A stretch of 61,621 nucleotides of DNA, the filler included, from Choristocarpus tenellus KU-1152 (Eukaryota; Protista; Phaeophyceae), in assembly GCA_964200185.2 (NCBI GenBank). It is 7 parts of 7 records of this genome, joined end to end, with 100 filler letters (N's around TTAATTAATTAA, not from the genome) between each part and the next. Parts side by side here need not be neighbours in the genome. Positions count along the whole stretch, not along the records: positions 32,470 to 42,711 come from CAXNAD020003050.1; positions 42,812 to 48,433 come from CAXNAD020010218.1; positions 48,534 to 52,174 come from CAXNAD020018789.1; positions 52,275 to 55,913 come from CAXNAD020018800.1; 3 more parts are not named here. One strand, given 5' to 3'. Below, piece after piece: positions 40,725-53,188 of this stretch (position 1 is its first letter; each line of letters starts with the position of its first letter). Under the pieces are notes generated by a model. The model saw only the letters and a list, made by a program, of their open reading frames with translations. It ran no database searches and was not told the origin of the DNA. Both the position numbers and the translations under genes were made by a program.

Positions 40725-42634
40725 ATTTTGGAGTGTGGGGCCGTAGGTGTGATATATTCTTCTAAGGCACACCATGAACCAGACAACATACATACTGCAG
40801 TACATATTACCAATAAATAGACCAGAAAAAAACATGCAGAGGTTTTAACAGCTTGGAAGGCGTTTAGATCTACACCTACTTCAAAACTACTGATAACGAT
40901 ATACTACATGTATTACTTGCCTTTTTGCATATAAACAGCTCTCTCTTGGCCACAGGACGGTACTATTGTGTAATATGTATGTTTCTTGAATTACAAGAAG
41001 TTTGTGTGGGGGAAAGGACCCAACATATACTCCGAATACATAAATATACTGCATCTATGCTTCGTGAGATGCTGAGATGCATTGTCTCCCAGTCTAATGG
41101 GGCATGGTACTATTATTGTGAGCCAATGTAAGCGAGAGGTACCCAAATTTTGACCTTTTTGCATTTGAAGTTACTCTTTTATCTCTTGCTATTCACCATT
41201 ATTTCTACGGATGGATTGCTAAAATGGCTTGATAGCATGGGTTTCTCTATTGTTCGAGTACTTTCGACAGATTTAAGAAAATGCTCTGTACACAGTTGTA
41301 CAAAAAGCCGAATTTTCCACATTTTTTTGTCGGCATCCTTTGAATGTACCCCTGTCGTTTACTTTGGCTTTGTACTCCATACTTAAGGGTTGCATTGGAG
41401 ATGGGATGATTGTCTTTGTGTATCAAATTGTAGGTGATTCGATTTGCAAACACAGGTGGGTACTATCATACCTTATGTTGTCAACAGTTGCGATGGAGAG
41501 GTTAATATACAGGGACTTCGTACCTTTTTTATGTACGATATTGGTAATGTGCCTTCTCGTAGATTCCAATCGCGTGTGTATGTCATTTTTTATATCGCTA
41601 ATCGTGCTGGGGTTACCTTACCTTAATGGATGATTGTGTGGTCTGTTGAGGGACTACACCGTAGAAGATGTTTTCTGGTCAGTAGGATCCTCATGCAGCG
41701 AGAGTTTCTCTGAAGTATTTGATTCATTTACCCTAATTGTTAACAATATACTCTATGTAGATGCGAACACAACGCATCCCAATCCACCCTCCCTCCCTAT
41801 GCCATTTTCTCTTCAATTTTTCCGTGTGGACAGTATCAACATCAGCATCTTCACTCGGGAGCTGCAGGCCAAGATTGATGTTGGTGACGGATTTCGGTTC
41901 TCCCAAAACATCTATTTACAACAGAATATAGAATATAGTCAGTATACAATACTCATACATCATGTACTCTCCATTGTGTTACAACTTGTGTTATGTTCAA
42001 ATGCAACACTCTATTATGCCCAATACAATCAAGGTGGTGTTGTGTGTATAGCAGCTCTCCTTTACACTCCAGTCCGAAAAGGTACATGGCATGAACTGTG
42101 TCAGCAACATTTAGCAAAATGTCTTAAAACATGTGTTGCTTGATTGCTCAGCACACATGTGGCTGGTGGACGATGCAATGATGCTCAAGCGTTTTGCACG
42201 TGTTGTCATGGAAAAGAAGGGGCATTCAGTCATGAAGATGAAGGTGATACTACCAAAACAAAAAATGAACTTCAAAAAGAAGAAAATGTCTCACAAAAAA
42301 GCACAGATGATACAGAAATGTACAAATAAAAAATGAGAGAAATGAAAAATGAACAAAAATGAGTACGGCAAATGAGAAAAGACCCAACAGTCGTAGAATC
42401 CAAATACGAAAGCAGAAAGTAGTGTCACCTCCAGGACGACCAAGGACCACAATCAGTCCAAGGAGGGGCACATAGTATCCGCACTAACAGGATAACACAC
42501 CAGAAAAGAAGTAAAGTTCTGTACACCGACCAGGTACAAATGGATGGATATCGCCACAAATACTGGAGATTTTCTTTTTCAGACCCCATTCCCACCCAAA
42601 GACCAGCTGTCGGCTTAGCTAATGCAATCACTTT

Positions 42635-42711
42635 GGCTCAAAGTGTCTGGGAGGGGGTGGCGGCTGTCCATCTGGGGTCAATTTTTTCATGTCGCGATTT
42701 TTGGTGATTTG
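42635..42711 (+). mobile_element. MITE family A, left part at contig end
   Basis: ggctcaaagtgtctggg...ggcggctgtccatctggggtcaattttttcatgtcgcg. Confidence 0.85.
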
Positions 42712-42811
42712 NNNNNNNNNNNNNNNNNNNNNNNNNNNNNNNNNNNNNNNNNNNNTTAATTAATTAANNNNNNNNNNNNNNNNNNNNNNNNNNNNNNNNN
42801 NNNNNNNNNNN
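42712..42811. other. Artificial contig linker
   Basis: Same structure. Confidence 0.98.
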
Positions 42812-42834
42812 CCCCCTCCCAGATACTTTGGGTC
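42812..42834 (+). mobile_element. MITE family A, terminal end at contig start
   Basis: ccccctcccagatactttgggtc. Confidence 0.7.
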
Positions 42835-42838
42835 TCTT

Positions 42839-45060
42839 ATGGACCACGATGTGGAACTTAAGTGGCGAGCAGGCTCGAAGCACCAACTACCGGATGGACT
42901 GTCACGACTCTCCTTACCAACAGGATCAGGTTTGGATATCGATGACTCTTTTCCTGACGATCCATCAGTAGCTTGTAGCAAGAACTACACTGGACCACGA
43001 GGACCTGTCTTAGACGGTGTATGTTTGCAGGATCTAGGTACATCAGACCTAAGCCCAGGTCACCCCACACTGTCCCCTTACTTTCTCTGTGTGCTGGTAG
43101 ATTCAGAACTAGAGTGTACTCCCCCCTCACATAGTGAACCGAGTCTAGGTGTAGCACAAATGTTACTTCAGGGAACAGTTGATGCCACACTCTCAGGAAT
43201 ATTGTCAGCTCTGCAAGATTGCCACACGGGACCTGATAATCTAGACTTAGGCGTTCAAGGTTGGTTACCACTCAACAGTTCCCAGGATCAAAGCATGCCA
43301 GTGTGTAAACTCCCTCCCTCTGGTTGGATGACCCCAGATAGAACACCTAGTAGAGACCTGACACACACCCCACAGCAACTCCCTCCTCCGCGTACCGCCT
43401 CTGACACTTTCGGTTGGCAACCTTTAGACTCCACCCTCGAAGACAGGGTAGAAATAAAAGGAAAAGTAGGGGAAGAGAAGCCACCTTCCAAGAAAAGGGG
43501 CACGAGTTCACCAAGGCCAAAGAACAAGAAGGGCAGTGAGAAGATGGTTCGAATGAGTGAGGTGGTTCAACACCATCCCACTCTCAAGAGAGCAATGGCT
43601 ACTCTATCAGTTCCTCGTTCACTAGTGTCAGACATCATAGCACTAGTTCACCTGCAAACTAGTCATCGGGGAGTTGGACGCACAGTAGCCCTAACCCGTC
43701 AATACTTCTTTTTGCCCTCACTCCACAAAGACACGCAGGATTATGTTTTATCCTGTGACTGTCGCAGACGAAAGAGGACCAGGAGCGCGCAAGTGGCAAT
43801 GCTGCCAGCCAAGTTCCTGGAACCATGGGATGTACTCGAGATGGATCTGCAAGATGTAGGACACATCTCAGCAAAAGGCAACAAGTATCTATTAATTGTG
43901 ATTGATAGAGCTTCGAGATTCCCTTTTGCATTCCCAATGGCGTCAAAGGAAGCAACTGGAGTAGCAACAAATGTGTTGGTATTATGTCTTACAATTGGAA
44001 TCCCTCTGTCAATTCGTTGTGATGCAGGAGGGGAGTTCACAGGAGACATAATGAACTACGTTTACCTTTGGCTGGAAGTCCCTATCAATTATGGACCGAC
44101 TGGCAACTCGAGAGGACAAGGGGAAATAGAAAAGATGGGAGGTCTGCCCTTAGAAATCCTGTCGGAGTTATGTGTGAAGTGGCCAGATAGATGGGATTAG
44201 TATGTATCTCTGGCATGTTGAGCACAACGCACTACCCCAGATCCCTCTGACCCGCTCAATCCCACCCCCTTCCGAGTCTTGTTCGGCCGTGACCCCCGCG
44301 CACAGCTAGATGCAGCCATACCGAAGTTGGATGGGGACGCAGATATTGGAGGATTAGACTCCTTCATAGAGCAACGAAGACAGAACTTCAGGGAGATACG
44401 AGAAGTCCTGGAGAGAAGGATATCCGCTAGGCAGAGACAGAGAGAGAGAGCCAATGCTTTGATAGCTAGGTCTTCACCAGGACTCGGATCCAGACCAGGT
44501 GACCTAGTTCTAGTAAAACAAGCGGACAGCTCTGTTTACGGGGAAAGATTAGGCCAGACAAGAGTGGGCAGGAAGCTAGTCCATGAAAGGTGGACAGGAT
44601 TGTGGACTGTAAAAGAAACTTCACATAAGAGTAGTAGCATGACAGTAGAACTGCTAGGCAGGCAAACGCGCACGCATAATGTTCATGCTTCTTGTGTGAA
44701 ACCCTTTCACGTAAGACCTGTCCATCTGAGGCATAGCTTCCAGGAGGAATATGTTCAACTAGTGTGGGATTCGGACCTAGGTTTGTCAGAACAATATGTG
44801 GTAGCAACCCCTATGTACACTCTTATAGACAGGAAAGCAGTATTGTCGCCATCCAATGTATGGCACTGGGAATACAAGTGAAAGTACCAGAACGGAGAAT
44901 TGGCAGATTGGATTACTAAGGAAGAGGCTACAGATAGCTTCACCCCACTACAGTTAGATGTCTTCCATGCCCACTGAGACCTCTATAATCCAGACACACG
45001 AGCCCACGCCCTACTGACACCTCCCGCCAAGGAACACCCTTGTCTAGAGAGGATGCATTA
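42839..45060 (+). pseudogene. Ty3/gypsy pol fragment (RNase H C-terminus, integrase HHCC and DDE core, C-terminal chromo-like region) with premature stops
   Basis: HDVELKWRAGSKHQLPDGLSRL; H..SHRG...CDC; PWDVLEMD; KYLLIVIDRASRF; IRCDAGGEF; stops at ~44198, ~44219 and ~44879. Confidence 0.9.
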
Positions 45061-46339
45061 CGCCTTTTCCCCACTGGTACCACTGTCAAGAAGTCATGGA
45101 AAGACGAGAAGGGAAAGGATAAGTAGGATAAGGATACATGTTTAGGCCTAGTAGAAGTTTGGCATATTTTTCTGTTCTTCCTTCTTCCTGCTACAGGATG
45201 ATTTGAGGCGATTAATGATGTCTATTGTCTTCACCAGTAACAGTCACTTGTAGTAAATGTTATATATTCTCCTTTTGTTTTTTATTTTTGGATTTTCTTG
45301 TTTTCTCTATTTTGTTATCCTGAAGTCCCAGCCCAAAAGAACAGGCATATTTAGATTAGGCAGACACAATTTGAATAAGAGTACATCCTATGACCTTGTG
45401 GATGGACTCTTTTTAAAAGAATTGTGGAGATGAATCACATTTATGATTAAGGTGATCGGAACTGGGGGCCCATTCATTTTAGGCCATGTCAGAGATGTAT
45501 ACTTTGCAATTATTGAAGATGTTTTAGAAAGAGCAAGTACATACTCAGACTAGCCAAGATGCAAATTATATTCTGTGCCTCTTAGGATAAATCATCCCAA
45601 GAAAAACATGGATATGTGTTGATCGATTCTGGACCTAGTTGAAGTTAAATATTTAAAATAAGAATATGTACTCTGATTTGCTCAGATATTTATTGATTTT
45701 GACTGTTTCTTAAGACTTTTGAGGAAATATTCTCAAGAAGAAACTGGGAGATATGTCAAATCATTGGTTGGAGCTATCTGGAATTTGGAACCGAGGTCCA
45801 TGGGTTGGAAACAAATGACAAGTTGGAACTGGAGCCCCTCGTTTGTGTGATGGCAACTAACTCATGCTGCTACAGCGTGATCTGAGGTGACAGGTAATAT
45901 CTATTGTCTTAACCGGTGACAATCGCATGTGGTAAGCGTGAAACATGCATACCCAGTTCACGCTGGGGGGCATGTTGCAGGCGAAGAGCGCAAGTATTTG
46001 TTCCCGCGCTTTAACCAGCGCGAGCAGTATACGCGCATGGGGCACCCCAAGAGGGGGAACTCCGATTTGCCTAAAAGTTGCAGAATAAAGTCTCTAACTC
46101 GGGTGGTAGTTGCAAAGGGTCCCAGATGGAAAGGTTGCAAAGGTTCTCAAATATATTCCAATGTTTGTAAAACCAAAGAAACCCCAACGGTAAATGATGA
46201 TAAGAGATCCTAAAAACGGCTCCAAACGGCTCAGTTCTTCTGACCCAGAGAGCCCTACCTATTCAGTTCTCTCTTAACTGATACCAATATACACATTTTT
46301 CTTGTGCCACTTGATTCACCTGAGAGTACTGCTGTTCAG

Positions 46340-47940
46340 CTGAGTTGACGTGCGTTGGTCTGTGAATTGGATTTGACTTGTATATCCTGGAAAGGTGAGC
46401 ATTGGGGGACGCCTGTAACAAAACTGGTGTGACACATTGGGTCAGCCCTTGCAGCGGAGTTTGGGGTGTCCAAGCGTTGCATGTGAGGGCTCTGGGAGGA
46501 CGCCACCTATCAACTCGCCTGTGGCCACACGCTTGACCTAGGGGTGGCAGCACGTAGTGGGTGACCTTCGGAGCTCACACCGTCCAAGATGACCGTAATA
46601 CATAGTATATATCAAATCCGATAATCGGTCATCCACAGTGCGTCAGGTGACAATGAAGATGGCCTCCAATGGGCTGAATTATAGCACGAGCACCATAAAC
46701 AGGTGGTTCAATGATATGGGGGCTATGCCGAATCGCTGCTGGATCAAACCCAAGCTTAAATCGTGGCAAAAGGTATGGAGAATGGACTCTGTTTGTCAAG
46801 TGGACTGGGAACGTGGTGTGTACGCCTCCATGGCAAACACGATCCATGTGGGTAAAACCTGGTTTTACGTGATGGCTGATGGAGAAAGGCTTAAGGTATT
46901 TCCGCATGAGGATGATAGCAACCTTCCAGGGTCCCCTGTACAGCACAAGAGTCATACCCCCCAAACCATGATCATTGCAGCCAACGCCCACCCAGATTCG
47001 GCTCACAGCTTTGATGGAATGCTTGGTGTTTGGCGTGTGTGTGCGCCAAAAACGGCAGACAGGACAAGCAAGAAGAGTCAAAGTATCTTAGAGGGTAGAG
47101 CCACGTCCGTTTGGGGACCAAAATTCAATGCTGCGATTTTGATGTAATTTTGACTATCTTGTTTGTTAGGAAGTGTCAATATCCTTGTTCCGGACACACC
47201 TTCTCATAGTTTTATACATGATACCTACACCAAAACATATACATTTGACCTATTCTGAAACATTTTGGGGGAGAGAAATGTCATAAAAAAACACATTGGA
47301 AGCCAAGCCCCAAACGGACAAACAGGGCAAAGCTCGTATCCTCTAAGATACTTTCACTCAGAACCATAAAAAAGGGGGATGTGTATAACTAGGACCGTAC
47401 TTTAGACCATTTGTGGTACAGGAAGTATACGAAGGAATTATTGCCTGCAATCAAGACCAAGATGCCTTGGTTGCAGGGGAAGCACATTGCCGTTCAGCAA
47501 GATGGTTCCACCCCCCACACGGGCAAGGGCAACTAAGAAATCTTGTCAGCGGCAAGGAAGACTGAGGGGTGATCGATTTGGCTTTTGACACAGCCATCTA
47601 ACTCCCCTGACGCAATATCATCGGCTTGTGCTTCTTTAGGTCTTTGAAATATAGGGTGATGGGGGAGCAGTTTGGGTCCATCGAGGAGATGGTGAACGTC
47701 ATTAACAAACATTATGAGGAGTATGATGAAACCACACTTGAGAGGGCTTGGCAGCTCCTTTTTGTGGTGTACAATCAAGTACTTAGATACAAAGGGGGGA
47801 ATGACTTCAGTGTCGAGCACACAAGGGTAAGGAAGAGGCAGTTGTTGCCTGATGAGCTTGAAAACACACCAAAGTAGACATGGAGGTTTTTTGTGTAGCT
47901 GATAAAATTGTGATGGATGGGGAGAATTAATAATAAAAAG
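46340..47940 (+). mobile_element. Tc1/mariner transposase pseudogene (DD39D-like lineage), copy 1
   Basis: LAAEFGVSKR HTH-like, IKPKL, IHVGKTWFY, VQHKSH, FDGMLGVW, VQQDGSTPH, QPSNSPD, FFRSLK; stops and a MITE insertion. Confidence 0.9.
47075..47359 (+). mobile_element. MITE family B inserted in mariner copy 1, TSD AGAA
   Basis: TIRs GAGTCAAAGTATCTTAGAGGGTA / TATCCTCTAAGATACTTTCACTC; empty site at 49060-49075. Confidence 0.95.
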
Positions 47941-48433
47941 AGCTGACCTTAACTACAAATTTGTCAAGGATTCCAAGTCTTTCAGAAATTAATTTCATCA
48001 TCTTTAAAAGTTATGGAAAACACAGCACAGACATATGGCACCAAAGTAGTAATATATTATTCTGACATTTTAATGGTTTTCACTGGTTTTTCCTCTGTTG
48101 CATCTCCAAAATGTCCGACAGCATAGTAATAAAATCTTTAAAAGTGAGAGTTTATGAAGTAATCTGATTTTTGTGGGCGGAAGAATTCTGGTTGGCGGGG
48201 AGCACAGGACAAGGGAAGGTAGTGGAAAGAAAAAGAAGGAAGCAGGAAGAGAACGAATAGTTGAGGGATGACTGGCTAAGGAGAAAAGGGTTAAAAGAAT
48301 GAGTGTTAGGAAGAGGGAAGGGGAAGGAGTGTTCAGTATTTAACAAGAGGGCTGAGAACCAGGGGTATAGGACGAGGAGGGTGAGACCAAGACAACCTCC
48401 GAGCAAGCTCTTCTCCCCCCCCCCCCCCTTCGC

Positions 48434-48533
48434 NNNNNNNNNNNNNNNNNNNNNNNNNNNNNNNNNNNNNNNNNNNNTTAATTAATTAANNNNNNNNNNN
48501 NNNNNNNNNNNNNNNNNNNNNNNNNNNNNNNNN
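48434..48533. other. Artificial contig linker
   Basis: Same structure. Confidence 0.98.
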
Positions 48534-48678
48534 AATCGCAACATTGTATTTTGACCCCCAAATAAAGGAGGCTCTACCCTCTAAGATACTTTGACTCATG
48601 TCATAAAAAAAATGTGGGAAGCCAAGTCCCAAATGGAAAAACAGGGCAAAACCCGTACCCTCTAAGACGCTTTCACTC
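48534..48678. mobile_element. Nested MITE-B ends: inverted left end (48534-48597) inside the right part of another copy (48598-48678)
   Basis: ggctctaccctctaagatactttgactc directly followed by atgtcataaaaaa...taccctctaagacgctttcactc. Confidence 0.8.
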
Positions 48679-50030
48679 CACCGTAAGCAGATGGTTGGAT
48701 GATATGGGGACCATGCCGAATCGCCGCTGGATCAAACCCAAGCTCAAATCGTGGCAAAAGGTATGAAGAACGGACTTTGTTTGTGATCAAGTGGACTGGA
48801 AACGTGGTGTGTACGCCTTGACGGTCAACACGATCCATGTGGATGAAACCTGGATTTATGTTATGGCTGATGAGGAAAGGTTTAGGGTGTTTCCGCATGA
48901 GGGTGATAACGATCTTCCAGGGTACCCTACTGTGCAGCACAAGAGTCATATCACCAAAACCATGATCATTGCAGTCAATGCCCGCCCAGATTCGACTCAC
49001 AGCTTTAATGGAAAGCTTGGTGTTTGGCGTGTGTGTGCACCAAAAACGGCAGACAGGACAAGCAAGAACCATAAAAAGGGAGATGTGCATGAGCAGGACT
49101 GTACTTTAGATCATTTGTGGTACAGCTAATGGTACACGGAGGAGTTACTGCCTGCAATCAAGAACAATATGCCTTGGTTGCAGGGGAAGCACGTTGTCGT
49201 TCCGCTAGACGGTGCCACCCCCCACACGGGCAGGGGCAACTCAGAAATCTTATAAGGGGCAGGGAAGACTGAGGGGTGGTCGATTAGGCTTGTGACGCAA
49301 CCATCTAACTCCCCCGACCTCAATATCATGGACTTGTGCTTCTTTAGGTCTTTGAAATGCCAGGTGATGGGGGAGCAGTTTGGGTCCGTCGAGGAGATGG
49401 TGAAGGTCATTATGAAGTAGTATGAAAAGTATGATGGAACCACACTTGAGAGAACTGGGCAGCTCCTTTTTGTGGTGTACAATCAAGTACTTAGATACAA
49501 AGGGGGGAATGAGAGTCAAAGTATCTTAGAGGGTAGAGCCACGTCTATTTGGGGGCCAAAATCCAATTTTCCGATTTTGATGTAATTTTGGCTATCGTCT
49601 TTGTTAGGAAGTGTTGATATCCTTGTTTCGGACACACCTTTCATAGTTGTGTACAATTTTACCTACTCCGAAACTTTCACAGTAGGAAAATGTCATAAAA
49701 AAACCGTGGGAAGCCAAGCCCCAAACGGACAAGCAGGGCAAAACTCGTACCCTCTAAGATACTATCACTCATGACTTCAGTGTGGAGCACACGGGGGTAA
49801 GAACAGGCAATTGTCTAGTGAGCTTGAAAACACGCCGAAGGTAGATATGGAGTTTTCTTCCTGTGACTGATAAAATTGTGATGGATGGGGAGTAATAATT
49901 AAAAAAAATGCTGACCATAACCAGAAATTAGTCAAGGATTCCATATCTTGTTTCAGAATGAGTTTCATCAACATTTTCAAACGTTATGGATAACGTGGCA
50001 CGAACTTATTGCACGTAGGTAGTATTATCT
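48679..50030 (+). mobile_element. Tc1/mariner transposase pseudogene, copy 2 (5' truncated)
   Basis: IHVDETWIY, VQHKSHITKTM, DGATPHTG, QPSNSPDLNIMDLCFF; colinear with copy 1 including 3' non-coding sequence. Confidence 0.9.
49513..49770 (+). mobile_element. MITE family B inserted in mariner copy 2, TSD ATGA
   Basis: Same TIRs; empty site at 47795-47810 (gggggaatgacttcag). Confidence 0.95.
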
Positions 50031-50280
50031 CTAGGCATATGAAGGTGGATACCAGTAAGTATAAGAAAACAATTACGGAATATATAAATTACAAAACATC
50101 AATAGTAATGGGGGCAATAAATGAAGATGTACCAGCACACATCTACAAGAACTATAAGAAAAATCTATAAAACCAAATATAATAAATGTAAAACGTGAAC
50201 TCCCGCATTAACAAAGTCTGACCTCTCTAACACAAGACGTTCATGGAAGCATGTACCAGATTAATGAAGGAGAGGGTGAT

Positions 50281-51110
50281 TCACGAATATGAATACATAT
50301 TGTAGCTTGTACGCGCCATGTCTCTCCTCTGCATTATGGCAATGTGGGACTCGTCCAGAACCAGGGCCGAGTAAGAGCATCCTGTTCTGTACTGTATCGT
50401 TCTACAACAAAGCTGGACATTTCGCACCTCACCATTCTCCCATTTAACCTCATAGGGGTAGCTGACTCGCTCCTCTCCAACTCTCACCGTGTGGCGGGGC
50501 TGGTACCTGGTCACTGTCCCTCGCATCCACTGACGTCCCATTGGAAGTACTGTCCCCTGCCCTTGACTCTCGCATAATGTGTTCTTCCCTCGTCCAAATC
50601 CTGCACAATCCTCAGTGGCGGTTCCAGGAGGATGTATCCCTCAGTATCCTTCTCCTCGTCCCTACGCTGCTTCTCCTGGCTAACCATCTGCTGGTGGCGT
50701 TGCATGACATGCTCAACTGCAGCCTCGCCATTGTCCCTCTTCTCCTTCTGCTGTAGTTCTTCGACCCCCTCCTCGATCTCGTCCTCTGTCATGTACGACC
50801 TCAGCCCAGGGGGAAAAGAGTTCTCGCCGTCATCTTGTAGGTAACATTCAGAGTGGACATACGGCCCTGATCGCCCGTGTGAACGTCGCGGACCTCTCCC
50901 TGTATGATAGCACCCCCACGCGCGTGTAGGATAAAGGTGCCTCGGTCGAACTTGGCATTGGATGTGTCTCTGAGTCTGCGTTGGCTTGAGAAGCGAACAG
51001 GTATCCCGTTGAGGGATTGCCAGTTGAATTCCGAAGTGAACCTCTGGTATTGACCAGGTCGGATGGTGAATGTGTCGTCCAGGTCGTTGTGGTGAAGGTC
51101 TGTTGAGTCA
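50281..51110 (-). pseudogene. Frameshifted gene with Tudor/SH3-like beta-barrel segments, probably transposon-associated
   Basis: IIQGEVRDVH...VTY/LQDDGE...MTEDEIEEG and WMRGTVTRY...YEVKWENGEVRNVQL lie in different frames. Confidence 0.45.
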
Positions 51111-51431
51111 GGGATTAGGATAGCCTGAAGGGGGACGACAAGGGGACCCGGTTGTGGGTCCTAGAGCACCACGGCGATATTTGTTGTTAATGGGGAAGGT
51201 TGATGGGGGCGACCATGAGGATGTTTGTGTGTAAGACAGTAATGTGGTTAGACGTGTTGTTTGCAGTTCTTGACAACAACCCAAAACAAATAAACATAGA
51301 TTTCTGATGGGAAAGAAACACACAGAAGACATTTCTAGTTTGAACATTGTTTTTAGAAAGTCTCTGAAAGTTCTGGAGTGTGGTAGTATTGTAAAGGAAC
51401 GCGCAGAAACAAAAAATTGTACTTAAAATAT

Positions 51432-52070
51432 GGGTCAAAGTATCTGGGGGGGGGTGCCGGCGTCCTTTTTTCGCCCTTTTTTCGATTTTCACTTTTTGGT
51501 GTGATTTGGTCGTACGTGTCGGATAGGAAATGTTGGCAAAAAAAAGAAGACTGTTGGTTAGGTTCCCTTCTGTCCTTGCGTACGCAAGAGGAACAGGAAT
51601 ATATGCCACCATTTATTTGGGCTTGGTTAGGAGTTTCGACGTTTGTGCATGTGTCGGGTTTCGAATGCGTTCAAACAGGCTTATGTCGACGTGTATGCTT
51701 GTTGTATAGTGAGGATGAAGAATGAGAGATATGCCATTGGTTGTTTTAGGGCTAGTTATTGGTTTATTTGGTTGCATGAGTGGGATTTGGTCAGCACATA
51801 AAGAGGGCTGTCGATTAGGGTGTGTTTTCCCAGTGTTAGCACGAGGAACTGAGAAAAAGACCATGGACTGTTTCGAGGTTAGTTTTTTCGTTTATTAGCT
51901 TGCATGAGTCGTGTCTGGTATGTACACAAAGAGGACTGTCAGTTAGGGCCTGTTGTCCCGGTGTGTGCACAAGTAATTAAGAAATATTCCATGTACTGTT
52001 TTAAATTAGTATTTCGTTTATTTATTTGCATGTGTCGGATGTAGTATGTACACAAACGGGTTTGTCGCTC
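51432..52070 (+). mobile_element. End of a longer element with a MITE-A-type TIR followed by ~127-bp degenerate subterminal tandem repeats
   Basis: gggtcaaagtatctggggggg at 51432; GCATG(T/A)GT(C/G)G anchors at ~51647, 51774, 51902 and 52028. Confidence 0.7.
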
Positions 52071-52174
52071 AGGGTGATAGGGTTAAGGTTGTTGGCATGA
52101 AGGAAGGGAAAAGGGTTAGGTTTTACGTTCGGATTGTTGAACTATCCCACACTGGACCCGCGGCTTTTATGGTG

Positions 52175-52274
52175 NNNNNNNNNNNNNNNNNNNNNNNNNN
52201 NNNNNNNNNNNNNNNNNNTTAATTAATTAANNNNNNNNNNNNNNNNNNNNNNNNNNNNNNNNNNNNNNNNNNNN
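52175..52274. other. Artificial contig linker
   Basis: Same structure. Confidence 0.98.
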
Positions 52275-52343
52275 CAAAAATCGCGACATGAAAAAATTGA
52301 CCCCAAATGGACAGCCGCCACCCCCTCCCAGATAATTTGAGCC
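52275..52343 (-). mobile_element. MITE family A, left part at contig start
   Basis: Reverse complement of 42635-42705. Confidence 0.85.
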
Positions 52344-53188
52344 TTTCACCAATGTTCTGACTGTTTTTGTTGATTCCCTGTCACTCACGCAGTTCTATTC
52401 TGAGTCAGGCGACAGTTTGCTCTTGATCGACTCTATTAAGAACCTGACTATCCTCTGTCTTACTGAGGTGAGAATTGTTTTTCGACGCTTCCAACTGGCG
52501 AGCCCAGATGTTACGGGGCACAAAATTTTGACACAGAGGTAGTACCTCAACAAAATTAGTGTGAAATGAGATGTAGGGATCAAGCACACACAAAGATATT
52601 GCAAGGGGTACTGTATACAAAAAATGAGCTTCTTTGCAAGATATTAATCTGAGTAACAGATAGGAACACAGCAACACAGACTGTAGACCACACTACCACC
52701 TTGGCTTCCTGTGATTGTGTGGATTGTGTGCGGACTCTGTAATTCTTCTTGGTTGCGTGTTTTCCACACTTTGGAAGGACCGACAAAGGGAAGTCCTTAC
52801 CGAGCTTTCGTTGAGAGTCAAAATAAACGAAAGGAACCCAGCTTTTGGTCGTTTTGCATTTCTTGATACATTTTTGTTCTTTCAGAATTCGCCCTTGAAG
52901 TGCTTAGGTTGACTTGATAGTGTCGATTTCTGTATTGTTCGAATTTGTGTTGACAGAATTCAGAGAACCCACAGATTGCTAACTATATGACTGACAACGG
53001 TGCAGTGTGGCATCAAACCAACACAGGTGGTACAAGTGTGTTGTTGATCTCATAAAGAGCTCACGGACGAGTAGTATTCTAGGTAAGCTGGAAACATGTT
53101 TGACGCCAGGGTAAAGCAGTAGCTAAGGCAGCCCACGTAGATCAGGGCCCATGCACGTTCACCCCTTCCTCCTACATGCGATATATTT

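Noticed and set aside
40850-42630. Possible Cys-rich transposase (KDZ-like) remnant, also 54500-55300
   Set aside because: Too degraded; no diagnostic motif could be read with confidence
42635-42834. A single MITE spanning the gap and joining two contigs
   Set aside because: The gap is an artificial linker; MITE ends at contig termini are expected wherever assemblies break at repeats
51640-52070. CRISPR-like array (also considered for 60592-61450)
   Set aside because: Units are long, degenerate and similar throughout, with no identical short repeats separated by unique spacers; no cas genes; eukaryotic context
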